This document shows positions 23,480-32,966 of a stretch of 64,000 nucleotides of DNA, in pieces (within the stretch, counting starts at the first letter, position 1; every line of letters starts with the position of its first letter). The notes beneath the pieces were generated by a model. That model did not search any database, was not told where the DNA came from, and saw only the letters and a list, made by a program, of their open reading frames with translations. The position numbers were made by a program, and so were the translations under genes. This stretch comes from Methanobacteriota archaeon (GTDB taxonomy: Archaea > Methanobacteriota > Methanobacteria > Methanobacteriales > Methanobacteriaceae). The DNA is taken from the NCBI GenBank assembly GCA_963787255.1, contig CAWBCJ010000029.1, positions 672,001 to 736,000 of the forward strand. Reading direction: 5' to 3'.

Positions 23480-25855
23480 TTGAATAACTATAATTTTTCA
23501 AGATATGCACCAAAAAGCAGTATAGATATTGGTGTTTTTTTATGCCGTTGTGGAGGAAATATTTCCGATACAGTTGACATTGAAAGGCTTAAGTCTTCAA
23601 TAGACGCTAAAGTAGTGAAGGATTTCGAAAATCTCTGCTCAATCAAGTGCCAGAAGAATATCAGGGATATTATACTGGAAGAAGATTTAGACCGGGCAGT
23701 AATTGCAGCATGTTCACCGATTACTCACGAAAAAACCTTTAGAAACCATGTAGCTCCTCTAAATCCATATCTTTTAGAAATGGCCAATATAAGAGAACAG
23801 TGTTCATGGGTGCATTCTGATGTGGATAAGGCAACGGAAAAGGCAATATCACTTACGGGTGCTGCCATTGAACGGGTTAAATACGCCAGACCACTGGACA
23901 CAATAGTTCGAAAAACCAAAAAAAGCGTCGCTGTAATAGGTGGTGGAATATCTGGAATAACTACCGCGCTTTCAATGGCAAAACAGGGCATTAAAGTATA
24001 CATAATTGAAGAAAAGCCTACAGTCGGTGGAAATATGATAAAAATAGGCAAAGTATTCTCTCCAGAAAAACTTGCAGAAGAATGTGCGCTGTGTCTTTTC
24101 AATCCACTGATAAATGAGGCAGTACAGCATAAAAATATTGAAATGATCACCAATGCAGAGCTTAAATCATCCGAAAGGAAAGCTGGAAACTTTAACTTGA
24201 TTGTCGAAAGAAAACCAAGTTTTGTTAAGGAAGATAGATGTACAGCATGCGGTAACTGTGCGGAAGTCTGTCCAGTGGATGTTCCAAATGAATGGAACGA
24301 AAAATTGATGCTGAGAAAGGCTATTTACAAACCGTTCCCGCAGTCAGTTCCTGACGTATACACAATTGATGAAGAACACTGTATTAAGTGTGGAAAATGC
24401 CAGAAAGTCTGTACAATGGATGCTATTAATCTTTCGATGAAAGGGGAAATTATGCCTCTTAACGTTGGTTCTGTGGTTATAGCCACTGGCCATAAAGGAT
24501 TTAACCTTACAAAACGTCCTGAATATGGATATGCAAGATATGATGATGTAATAACTCAAATGGAGCTTGCGAGGATAATGGGGGTTAATGGACCGACAAA
24601 TGGTAAATTACTCCAACCTTCAACTGGTAAAATTCCAAGAAGAGTGGTTATGGTTCAATGCGCAGGTTCCAGGGACGAAAAGCCTGAAGGAAAACGATAC
24701 TGTTCAAAAGTTTGCTGCATGGTGGCTTTAAAGCATGCAAACTTTATCAAACGTTACTATCCAGATACAGAAGTTATAATCTGTTATACGGATATGAGAA
24801 CCCCGGGAATGTATGAAAATTATTTTAGACATGCACAATCAAAGGAGATTAAACTAATAAGGGGAAGACCTGGAGAAATAGCTAAGAAAGGGGAAAATCT
24901 CGTTGTCAGAGTTGAAGATACTTTGAAAGGGGAACAATTGGAAATAGAAACTGACATGGTTGTTTTATCTGAGGCAATGGAGCCTTCAGAGGGAACATTA
25001 AAAGTAGCAGAAACATTGAATGTCGGTCTTACCGAAGATCTCTTCGTAAAAGAGAAACATCCAAAGATAAAGCCAGTTAGCACAGATATAGAGGGAATCT
25101 ATGTTTGTGGAACTGCACAGGGTCCAAAAGATATTACTGATAGCGTTTCCCAGGCAAACGCAGCGGCATCTAAGGTTTCAGAAATTATGAATGGGGGATT
25201 AGAGATAGAACCGACCATAGCAGTTATTGACCCTTCCAACTGTCAAATCTGTGGGGACTGTGTAACAGCATGTAAATATAAAGCTATTTACATGCAAGAT
25301 GAGCGTATATCAGTTGATGCTATTGCCTGTACTGGCTGTGGAATATGTATGTCCAAATGTAAGCATGAAGCAGTTGAAATTATGGGCCAAACAGATAGTC
25401 AACTGTATGCAATGATTTCTGGTATGTTGAAGGGCAAAAAAGATGGTGAAAGGAGAATACTGGCATTTGTAGATTATATAGGCTACGTAGCATCTGATAA
25501 CATAGGAATAAACAGGATATCCTATCCACAATCAGTTAGAATCATTAGAATTTCATCAATTAACCGTTTAATGCCGAAACATATTATATATGCATTTGAA
25601 AACGGCGCAGATGGAATATTTTTGGGTGAATATCCTGATGATATAATGTATCCGAGTATTCAAGAAAAAGTGCAACAATTCCGCTCTGCACTTATAAAAA
25701 ATAGTATAGATCCAGATAGATTGATGTATTACAAGGTTTACGCACCGTACTTTAGAGGATTGGCCAATAAATTCTATGAATTTGATAAACAGGTTAGTAA
25801 TGCCCTTGATAAGCTTGAAGCGGTGTTATACAAAGCTTCTTCTAAAGATTTATAA
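23480..25855 (+). CDS. hdrA: Heterodisulfide reductase subunit A-like flavoprotein fused to a Cys-less MvhD-like domain
   Basis: GVFLCRCGGNI, ACSP, NIREQCSWVH, IGGGISG, inserted 2x[4Fe-4S] domain, QCAGSRD...YCSKVCC, QGPKDI, C-terminal ferredoxin, then RILAFVDYIG...VRIIRISSINR...GADGIFLGE. Confidence 0.88.
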   Translation: MNNYNFSRYAPKSSIDIGVFLCRCGGNISDTVDIERLKSSIDAKVVKDFENLCSIKCQKNIRDIILEEDLDRAVIAACSPITHEKTFRNHVAPLNPYLLEMANIREQCSWVHSDVDKATEKAISLTGAAIERVKYARPLDTIVRKTKKSVAVIGGGISGITTALSMAKQGIKVYIIEEKPTVGGNMIKIGKVFSPEKLAEECALCLFNPLINEAVQHKNIEMITNAELKSSERKAGNFNLIVERKPSFVKEDRCTACGNCAEVCPVDVPNEWNEKLMLRKAIYKPFPQSVPDVYTIDEEHCIKCGKCQKVCTMDAINLSMKGEIMPLNVGSVVIATGHKGFNLTKRPEYGYARYDDVITQMELARIMGVNGPTNGKLLQPSTGKIPRRVVMVQCAGSRDEKPEGKRYCSKVCCMVALKHANFIKRYYPDTEVIICYTDMRTPGMYENYFRHAQSKEIKLIRGRPGEIAKKGENLVVRVEDTLKGEQLEIETDMVVLSEAMEPSEGTLKVAETLNVGLTEDLFVKEKHPKIKPVSTDIEGIYVCGTAQGPKDITDSVSQANAAASKVSEIMNGGLEIEPTIAVIDPSNCQICGDCVTACKYKAIYMQDERISVDAIACTGCGICMSKCKHEAVEIMGQTDSQLYAMISGMLKGKKDGERRILAFVDYIGYVASDNIGINRISYPQSVRIIRISSINRLMPKHIIYAFENGADGIFLGEYPDDIMYPSIQEKVQQFRSALIKNSIDPDRLMYYKVYAPYFRGLANKFYEFDKQVSNALDKLEAVLYKASSKDL

Positions 25856-25887
25856 GCAATCTCTCAAAAATCAAAGATTTTTGCTAG

Positions 25888-26506
25888 CTACGATTTTTCA
25901 TGGATTGGAAGTGTAAAATAAAAAGTCGAACCCTTAACCAACTCTGATTCCACCCAAACACGACCACCATGGCGATCAATAATTCTTTTTACAATTGAAA
26001 GTCCAATTCCAGTTCCTTGATATTCTTCATTTGTGTGGAGCCTTTGGAATATGGTGAAAATTTGATCTTGATATGGGGAATTTATTCCAATTCCATTATC
26101 TTCTTGATCCTCTGCTAAAGCTTGAAAGAATAAATCAATGGGTCTTCTAAAACCATGAGGTTCTGAAGGTTTAATAAGGCCTAATACACCATTTACAATT
26201 CCTATGTCATTATTTGGGGGGATGACATACACTTTATTTGGTTTAACTGGCATGATTATCTTGAATTTCAAGTACTTCCATATCAGTATATCTTGCAATT
26301 AATTCTGCCATAGTGCTTTTATGTGTGGGATCTTAGATGTTGAATCAAAACAAATCCCATACCTGTATCTACTGAGGCATATTACTAAATAATTTCTCTA
26401 AAGCTTCCAGCCCACCTGCAGATGAACCAATACCTACTATGGGAAATTTGCCTTTTTCTTTGGAATTGACTTTTGATTTATTTAGAGTTTTATTCTGATT
26501 TTCCAC
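25888..26506 (-). pseudogene. Remnant of a CheB/CheR-type sensor histidine kinase: CheB N-terminus joined to a HATPase C-terminus by internal deletion
   Basis: FPIVGIGSSAGGLEAL...IQHL.PTHKS...VYVIPPN...[15 protein letters not shown] directly followed by EDNGIGI...FQRLH...[13 protein letters not shown]...GSTFYFTLP; also frameshifted. Confidence 0.8.
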
Positions 26507-26754
26507 ATTAATTCCCCTTTAAGCTTAATTTGAATTAATTAGCTTCATTTAAACCTTTTTAGTGAATTGGATAAATAATTGAAATTTAATAAATTATTAT
26601 ATGTTATAATTCAACTGATTAATAATAGTATTCTAAGTAAAAAATAGAGTTATAAACAAATTTTAAACTATTTAGGCTAGATATGAACATTATTTAGTAA
26701 GATTAAGGATTTCATTTAATAATGGCTCATTATGCATGAAAGTTTAATTAGGCA

Positions 26755-27135
26755 ATGATTATTATTAACAATTTTTTTATAATTATTGAAACATATAGTA
26801 TATTCATGCCTCAAAAAGATTATAAAAAAATAATGGAAGAAAGCAACAAGCAGAAAAAAATCGAAGAAGAATTAAATAAAACTCGTATTAGTATAATTAG
26901 GACCATTAAAGACAGGAAAAGAGTTGAAATGGAATATTTGGATGCAGTAAAAAAACAAATGGGATACTGGAAAAGCCAAATAGAAAATACTGATCCTGAA
27001 AAAGATAAAGAAAGATATAATGTAATTAAAAAGAATATTGAAATGGAAAAAGCACATATTAAACAAATTCAAGATGAATTAAATAGAATAAACGAAGAAC
27101 TTAAAATGGCAAATGAATATCAAAAAATTAAATAA
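26755..27135 (+). CDS. Small charged coiled-coil hypothetical protein (likely start ATG 26806)
   Basis: Lys/Glu-rich helical ORF; no recognisable motif. Confidence 0.55.
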   Translation: MIIINNFFIIIETYSIFMPQKDYKKIMEESNKQKKIEEELNKTRISIIRTIKDRKRVEMEYLDAVKKQMGYWKSQIENTDPEKDKERYNVIKKNIEMEKAHIKQIQDELNRINEELKMANEYQKIK

Positions 27136-27173
27136 ACCATCAATAACTAATTATATTAACTATATTGGATAAT

Positions 27174-28116
27174 TTATATTGGATAATAATGGGTCGGCTC
27201 AGGGTGAACTTTTTTAATAAATTGTGTATTAAAAATATTTTCTTCTTTTAAATTTCCCTGCATGTAACCCAATTCATTTAATATAGGGATAAATTTGAGT
27301 GTAGATTCAATATACTCTTTTGAAATGCTTGCACAGTATTTTGGAGACACATTATACGTTTTAAGCACAAAATCTTTACTAACTACTCCAACTTCTTTTA
27401 AAACAATCTCTGCTGCTTTTTCAGGCTGTGTTCTTATTAAATTGGAAGCATCTTCGTGGGCTTTAAGGAAATCTATTATAAATTCTGGTGATTCATTGAT
27501 TAATTCTTCTTTTACAACTATTCCATAGCTTGGATTGTATGGCCAGAGTTTATTTGGAGGAATTACAACTTTAGAATCAAATCTGTTTGAAATAACTGTT
27601 GCAAGGGAAGGTGTTCCAACACCAGCAGCAATTTTACCCTCATCTATTGCATCGGGGATAAAATCTGCCCAATGGAAAATTTTCTAATGTTTATATTAAA
27701 ATCTTTGGTAATTTCATGTATAATTACATCGTGAATGCACCCTTTAGTTGGAGTTCCAATAGTCTTACCTTCAAACTGCTTTAAAACAGCTTCTAAACTT
27801 CCCAATTCCTCAAAAGATTTATAGAATTTGGGAGCAACCATTACAGTGCCTTCTACATGCCCTCCTCCGATGCATTTAATTTTTAAGCCATTTTCAATTC
27901 CTATCATAACTGGAGGAAGACCTATATAACCCACATCAATGTTTTCAGATTTGAATGCTTCTATCATTGCAGGTCCTGTTGCAAATAAAGACCATTTTAA
28001 ATCGTAATCATTTAAATATTTGGTAAATTACTATTTTTTAAGATAAATGATGTGTGATATATTGTTGAAAGGTAACCTATACGGATTTTAATTCCTCCTT
28101 TTTCTTTACATTTCAT
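27174..28116 (-). CDS. SsuA/TauA/NMT1-like solute-binding-fold protein without signal peptide; two apparent frameshifts
   Basis: IRIGYLSTIYHTSF...FATGPAMIEAF...DVGYIGLPPVMIG...GGHVEGT...GCIHD...WPYNPSYGIVV...FLKAHEDA...SPKYCASI. Confidence 0.75.
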
Positions 28117-28119
28117 AAA

Positions 28120-28133
28120 TTAACAATTGTTAT
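28120..28133. promoter_or_regulatory. Palindromic operator TTAACAATTGTTAT immediately upstream of the solute-binding-fold gene
   Basis: Read directly; 4 nt from start codon at 28116. Confidence 0.7.
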
Positions 28134-28164
28134 ATTTCAATAAAATAAAAAAAAAAAGGTATTT

Positions 28165-28440
28165 CTAGCCACCAGCTATAGTCTGGAAGATTACAATTTC
28201 ATCATCATCTTTCACTTCGCTTTCAAGGCCTCCTCCAGATTGTGCATCTTCTCCATTAACGAGAATTTTCATATAATCTCTTAATTCACCATTTTTATCA
28301 AATAAAGCATCTTTAAATTCATTTCCATACTTTTCAGTTAAAATATCAATTAAATCTGCAATATTTCCATTGTGATCAATATTTACAGATCTTTCTCCTG
28401 TGATATCTCTAAAACGTGCTAAAAACTTAATTTCTACCAT
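28165..28440 (-). CDS. MoaD/CysO/SAMP-like ubiquitin-fold sulfur carrier
   Basis: 91 aa, VEIKFLARFRDITG...ILVNG...C-terminal IAGG. Confidence 0.9.
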   Translation of the reverse strand: MVEIKFLARFRDITGERSVNIDHNGNIADLIDILTEKYGNEFKDALFDKNGELRDYMKILVNGEDAQSGGGLESEVKDDDEIVIFQTIAGG

Positions 28441-28553
28441 AATATGTCTCCTGATACGTTTAAATTTAAAAATATTTATTAATATGATTTATTTTATATT
28501 TAAATCAATATTGGTCTATTTATAATCTAACTTTTAAGGTTAACTTTTGCTCT

Positions 28554-28567
28554 ATAACTATTGTTAT
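28554..28567. promoter_or_regulatory. Palindromic operator ATAACTATTGTTAT between the divergent sulfur-carrier and hydrolase genes
   Basis: Read directly. Confidence 0.7.
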
Positions 28568-28719
28568 AATCCAGGTTATAAATTTTACTCATGAACATAG
28601 ATTCTATTGTTAGTGCTCCTGATTTTTTTGATACTGGATAAGCAAAAATTAAGATCATTATTTTAGCATGAGTAAAGTTATTACAAACAAAATATAACTT
28701 ATTAATATAAAGAACTGTA

Positions 28720-29697
28720 ATGGATGTGAAAAATATGACCCGTAAGATGGAATTGGAAAATGAAGTGTTGATACACGAGGACAAGGTCATTCGTCGTGAA
28801 ATAAGTTTTCCCAGCCAAAATGTACAGCTTAAAGGCTGGATTTATTTACCTGCAGATAGGGCGAGAAAGAAAAGCCCAGGGATAGTAACAGCCAACGCTT
28901 TAACGGCGGTCAAAGAGATTACATTACCGGGCTATGCCGAACGCTTTGCAGCAGCGGGTTTCGTAACTCTGGTATTTGACTACAGATTTTGGGGTGAAAG
29001 CGAAGGAGAACCCCGCAACCAGATAATACCCTACGAAATGCAGCAAGACCTGAAGAATGCCATCACATGGCTCGCTGAACAGCCAGAAGTTGATGCAGAT
29101 CGCATAGGAGGATGGGGTGTCTCTTTGGGTGGTGCACACATGCTTTATCTATCTGCATTCGAACGCCGGCTCAAAGCTGTAGTGGCCACGGCCACATCGG
29201 TTAATGGTATTGATACTTCAGAAATGATGATGGGAAAAGAAGCCATGCAGCAAATGATGCTCCAGCTGGCTCAGGATCGGGTGATGAGATATAAAACCGG
29301 CGCGCCTGCCACCTATAAAACTGCCTGGGGAAAATTTGGCGAAGATGTTCTATTCCCGGTGGAAGAGGCTCTGGATTTCTACATGAATGCTAAAAACACC
29401 ATAGCCCCAAACTTTGAAAATCGCGTCACTGTTCAGTCCATGGAGAATTTGAACGAATACAACCCAGACTTTGCCATCCACATGGCATCGCCTACTGCGG
29501 TACTTATTGTGCATGCTGAGCACGATGTTATACCTGTAGAGTTGGTACGTGATGTGTATGAGCGTGCCGAGGAGCCCAAGAAACTTGTGGTGAAAGACTG
29601 TAAACACACGGACCTTTATGATAAGGAGCCATGGATTACAGAATCATCAGATGAAGCTATTGGATGGTTTAGAAAATATTTAGTGAGTGTACCATGA
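28720..29697 (+). CDS. Alpha/beta hydrolase (YcjY/peptidase S15-like), visibly GC-richer than flanks
   Basis: FDYRFWGESEGEPR, DRIGGWGVSLGG nucleophile elbow, HAEHD, HTDLYD. Confidence 0.85.
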   Translation: MDVKNMTRKMELENEVLIHEDKVIRREISFPSQNVQLKGWIYLPADRARKKSPGIVTANALTAVKEITLPGYAERFAAAGFVTLVFDYRFWGESEGEPRNQIIPYEMQQDLKNAITWLAEQPEVDADRIGGWGVSLGGAHMLYLSAFERRLKAVVATATSVNGIDTSEMMMGKEAMQQMMLQLAQDRVMRYKTGAPATYKTAWGKFGEDVLFPVEEALDFYMNAKNTIAPNFENRVTVQSMENLNEYNPDFAIHMASPTAVLIVHAEHDVIPVELVRDVYERAEEPKKLVVKDCKHTDLYDKEPWITESSDEAIGWFRKYLVSVP

Positions 29698-29895
29698 ACT
29701 GGCCTTTTTCACTGGTTTTTGGAGCATTTAAATAGTTTATGTATTGGTTGACTAAATATAATCTTTAAATCCTCAAATTAATTAATAATTTATGGGGTGG
29801 TTTAAATTATTTTAATTGACTGAATCTTTAAATAATTTATTTTTACAAAACTGTTATATATTCACGATTGTTATAAATATTGGTAGGTGATTTAA

Positions 29896-30294
29896 ATGGT
29901 AATGACAGAAGAAATGATGGATGCAGTTGAAAAGGATAATGTAGTATTTTTTGCAACTGCAACTAAAGAAGGAGTGCCTAATGTTGTCCCAATTGGATTT
30001 GCAAGGCCAATTGACAATAAAACAATCATGATTGTGGACAATTACTTGAATAAGACTCGTAAAAATCTTGAAGATAACCCAAAAGCAAGTTTAGTACCAA
30101 GAGATGCTTCAAAGTGCCCTTATCAATTCAAAGGAACAGTTGAAATCTTAACTTCTGGAAAAATATTTGATGATGCAGTAGATTGGGCAACAAGTGTAAT
30201 GAGCAAACTCGCGCCTAAAGCAGCAGTTATACTAAACGTGGAAGAGATTTATACAGTGCAACCAGGTCCTGATGCAGGTTCAAAAGTGGATTAA
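29896..30294 (+). CDS. Pyridoxamine 5'-phosphate oxidase-like FMN-binding split-barrel protein
   Basis: FATATKEGVPNVVPI, DNYLNKTRKNLEDNP, YQFKG, EEIYTVQPGPDAG. Confidence 0.85.
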   Translation: MVMTEEMMDAVEKDNVVFFATATKEGVPNVVPIGFARPIDNKTIMIVDNYLNKTRKNLEDNPKASLVPRDASKCPYQFKGTVEILTSGKIFDDAVDWATSVMSKLAPKAAVILNVEEIYTVQPGPDAGSKVD

Positions 30295-30376
30295 TTTTTA
30301 AAATTATTTTTATTTTTCTTAAATCTAAAATAAGATGTATGGTTTAAAATAAAATTTTAATTAAGAAATTTTTAAG

Positions 30377-30733
30377 GTGATTTTAATATCAGCAAGAGTA
30401 GCTATTGCAAGTAGCGATGGAAAGTTTGTAAATCAGCATTTTGGTAGAGCGCAGCAGTTTTTAATTGTAGATATTAATGATGACGGCAGTTATGAATTTT
30501 TAGAAATTAGAGAGAATACTCCTTCATGTCATGTTGAAGGACATGATTCTTCAATTGAAGATACATTAGATTTAATTTCTGACTGTGATGGAGTATTAGT
30601 AAGTCAGGTTGGTCCTGGAGCAGCCGATAAGTTAATAGAAAGGGGAATTCAGCCCATAATAATACCAATGTTAATAGATGAGGCTATAAAGAAGGTTTAT
30701 TCGTTAATGCAGGAAAAAGATGATGAAAATTAA
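30377..30733 (+). CDS. NifB/NifX-family Fe-S/metallocluster-binding protein
   Basis: RVAIASSDGKFVNQHFGRAQQF, DCDGVLVSQVGPGA. Confidence 0.85.
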   Translation: MILISARVAIASSDGKFVNQHFGRAQQFLIVDINDDGSYEFLEIRENTPSCHVEGHDSSIEDTLDLISDCDGVLVSQVGPGAADKLIERGIQPIIIPMLIDEAIKKVYSLMQEKDDEN

Positions 30734-30761
30734 TGGAACTAAAATTTTTTAATCACATAAT

Positions 30762-30882
30762 ATAACGATCGTTAATTTTATATATGATGTTCTTTACTAA
30801 ATGAATATAACTATAGTTATATTATGGCATCCTCAGCCAATAAAATGTATAATCTGTAACAATGTTATATAACTATAGTTAT
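30762..30882. promoter_or_regulatory. Cluster of operators upstream of cysK: 30762-30775 ATAACGATCGTTAA, 30807-30820 ATAACTATAGTTAT, 30869-30882 ATAACTATAGTTAT (plus 13-bp GTAACAATGTTAT at 30856)
   Basis: Read directly. Confidence 0.8.
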
Positions 30883-30937
30883 ATATTACATAAAAAACAA
30901 TAGAAAAAATAGATATAGTATTACAATGGTGAGAAAT

Positions 30938-31926
30938 ATGGTAAAAATACCAGAATTAAAAAGAGGAATAGCAAATAATGTAACAGAACTGATAGGAAAT
31001 ACTCCTCTTGTAAGGTTAAACAGAATTACCGAAGGGACAGACGCAGAGGTTGTAGCAAAGCTTGAATCATTCAACCCTTTAAGCAGCGTAAAAGACAGAA
31101 TAGGAGTTGCAATGATAGAATACGGGGAAGAACAGGGACTTATTAATAAAGATTCAGTTCTTAGTAGAACCTACAAGTGGAAATACCGGTATTGCACTTG
31201 CATTTGTTGCAGCAGCTAAAGGATACAAACTTATTCTTACAATGCCCGATACAATGTCCATAGAAAGAAGAAAGTTGCTTGCACTTCTCGGTGCCGAAAT
31301 TGTATTAACTCCTGGTGCAAATGGAATGAAAGGGGCTGTAGCCAAAGGCAGAAGAACTATCCGAAAGTATACCTAATGCAGTAATGCCTCAACAGTTTAA
31401 AAACCCTGCAAACCCAAAAATCCACAGGGAAACAACTGCACATGAAATATTAAGAGATACAGATGGTAAAGTAGATATATTAGTTGCAGGTGTAGGTACT
31501 GGTGGAACAATAACAGGTATTGCAGAAGTTTTAAAAGAAAAAAACCCTGATTTTAAGGCAGTAGCAGTCGAACCAATATCCTCTCCAGTATTATCTGGAG
31601 GAAAACCCGGACCGCATAAAATTCAGGGAATAGGGGCAGGATTTGTTCCTGATATTCTTAGAACGGATTTAATAGATGAAATCATTCAAGTAAAGGACGA
31701 AGACGCTGCAAGTACATTATTAAGACTTGCAAGAGAAGAAGGAATACTTGCAGGTATATCATCAGGGGCTGCAACATGGGCTGCCATTGAACTTGCAAAA
31801 AGAGAAGAAAATGAAGGTAAAAGGATAGTAGTAATTCTACCAGATACAGGAGAAAGATACTTAAGTATGGACTGGGTATTTGAAGAAGTTTTCCATACCT
31901 ACAATCAAAAGGATTTCTCCAACTAA
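30938..31926 (+). CDS. cysK: Cysteine synthase A (O-acetylserine sulfhydrylase), two apparent frameshifts
   Basis: [23 protein letters not shown], (EPTSGNTG in shifted frame), [37 protein letters not shown]. Confidence 0.9.
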
Positions 31927-31994
31927 GGTCATAGAATATCCATTTATTTCTATTTTTATTTTTCAACGAAAATTCCTGAAATGGAGGCGTGCAA

Positions 31995-32710
31995 ATGTTT
32001 GAACGAGTAAAAGAAGACATAGAAATGGTAATGTTAAGAGATCCGGCTGCAAGAAGCAAGTTAGAAATATTTTTTACATATCCTGGACTTCACGCCATAT
32101 GGCTTTATAAAATAGCTAACTGGTTATGGATTCGCAATCATCATTTTTACCGGTGGCTTAATTTCGGCTATTACTCGCTTTTTTACAGGAATAGAGATAC
32201 ATCCTGGAGCAAAAATAGGAAGAAGAGTATTCATCGACCACGGAATGGGTGTCGTAATTGGAGAAACTGCAGAAGTTGGAGATGATGTTTTAATTTATCA
32301 GGGTGTTGTTCTGGGTGGAACAAGCCTTGGAAAGGAAAAAAAGGCACCCTACCATTGGAAGTGGGGTTGTAATAGGTTCTGGAGCTAAAGTTATTGGTAA
32401 TATTGAAATAGGAGACTGCTCGAAGATAGGAGCAGGTTCTGTAGTCTTAAAATCAGCTCCAATGGGGTCTACAGTTGTTGGAATTCCTGGACGAAATGTA
32501 AAAGAAGAGCGTAAATGCGCTATAGATCTGGATCATGGAGAGTTACCAGATCCTGTTGCAGAAGTGATTAAACTTATTTTAGACCGCCAAGATGAAATGG
32601 AAAGCCAGATAAGAGCATTAGGAATATCAACATCTACCATAAAAATGAATGAACTTTTTGAGAGAAAATCAGAAATTGAAGAAATATTCTCAGAAGGTGC
32701 AGGCATATAA
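31995..32710 (+). CDS. cysE: Serine O-acetyltransferase, apparent frameshifts
   Basis: [36 protein letters not shown] (shifted frame), [22 protein letters not shown]; C-terminus FSEGAGI. Confidence 0.9.
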
Positions 32711-32848
32711 TATCATTTTTTTATTTTATTAGTAATTATATTAGCCTTAAAATTACATTTTAAGTTCATAAATTAGCTTTAAAACATAAATAAACAGTAA
32801 TAAACTAAAATTTAATAAAATAATGTAAGCAAAAAAATATAAGTTAAT

Positions 32849-32862
32849 ATAACACTAGTTAT
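32849..32862. promoter_or_regulatory. Palindromic operator ATAACACTAGTTAT upstream of the HTH regulator (autoregulation candidate)
   Basis: Read directly. Confidence 0.7.
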
Positions 32863-32966
32863 ATTAATTCAATTTAAAGAGTTTATTTAAATTTTACAAA
32901 TTCAGTTTAAAAGAGGGAAATAATCAATTGATAACATTTAAATTTCCAAATTATAATTAAACGGGC

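Noticed and set aside
30762-30882. Repeated 14-mers spaced by unique sequence could suggest a mini-CRISPR array
   Set aside because: Repeats are too short, spacing is irregular, they are perfect palindromes at promoters, and there are no cas genes; operator is the better explanation
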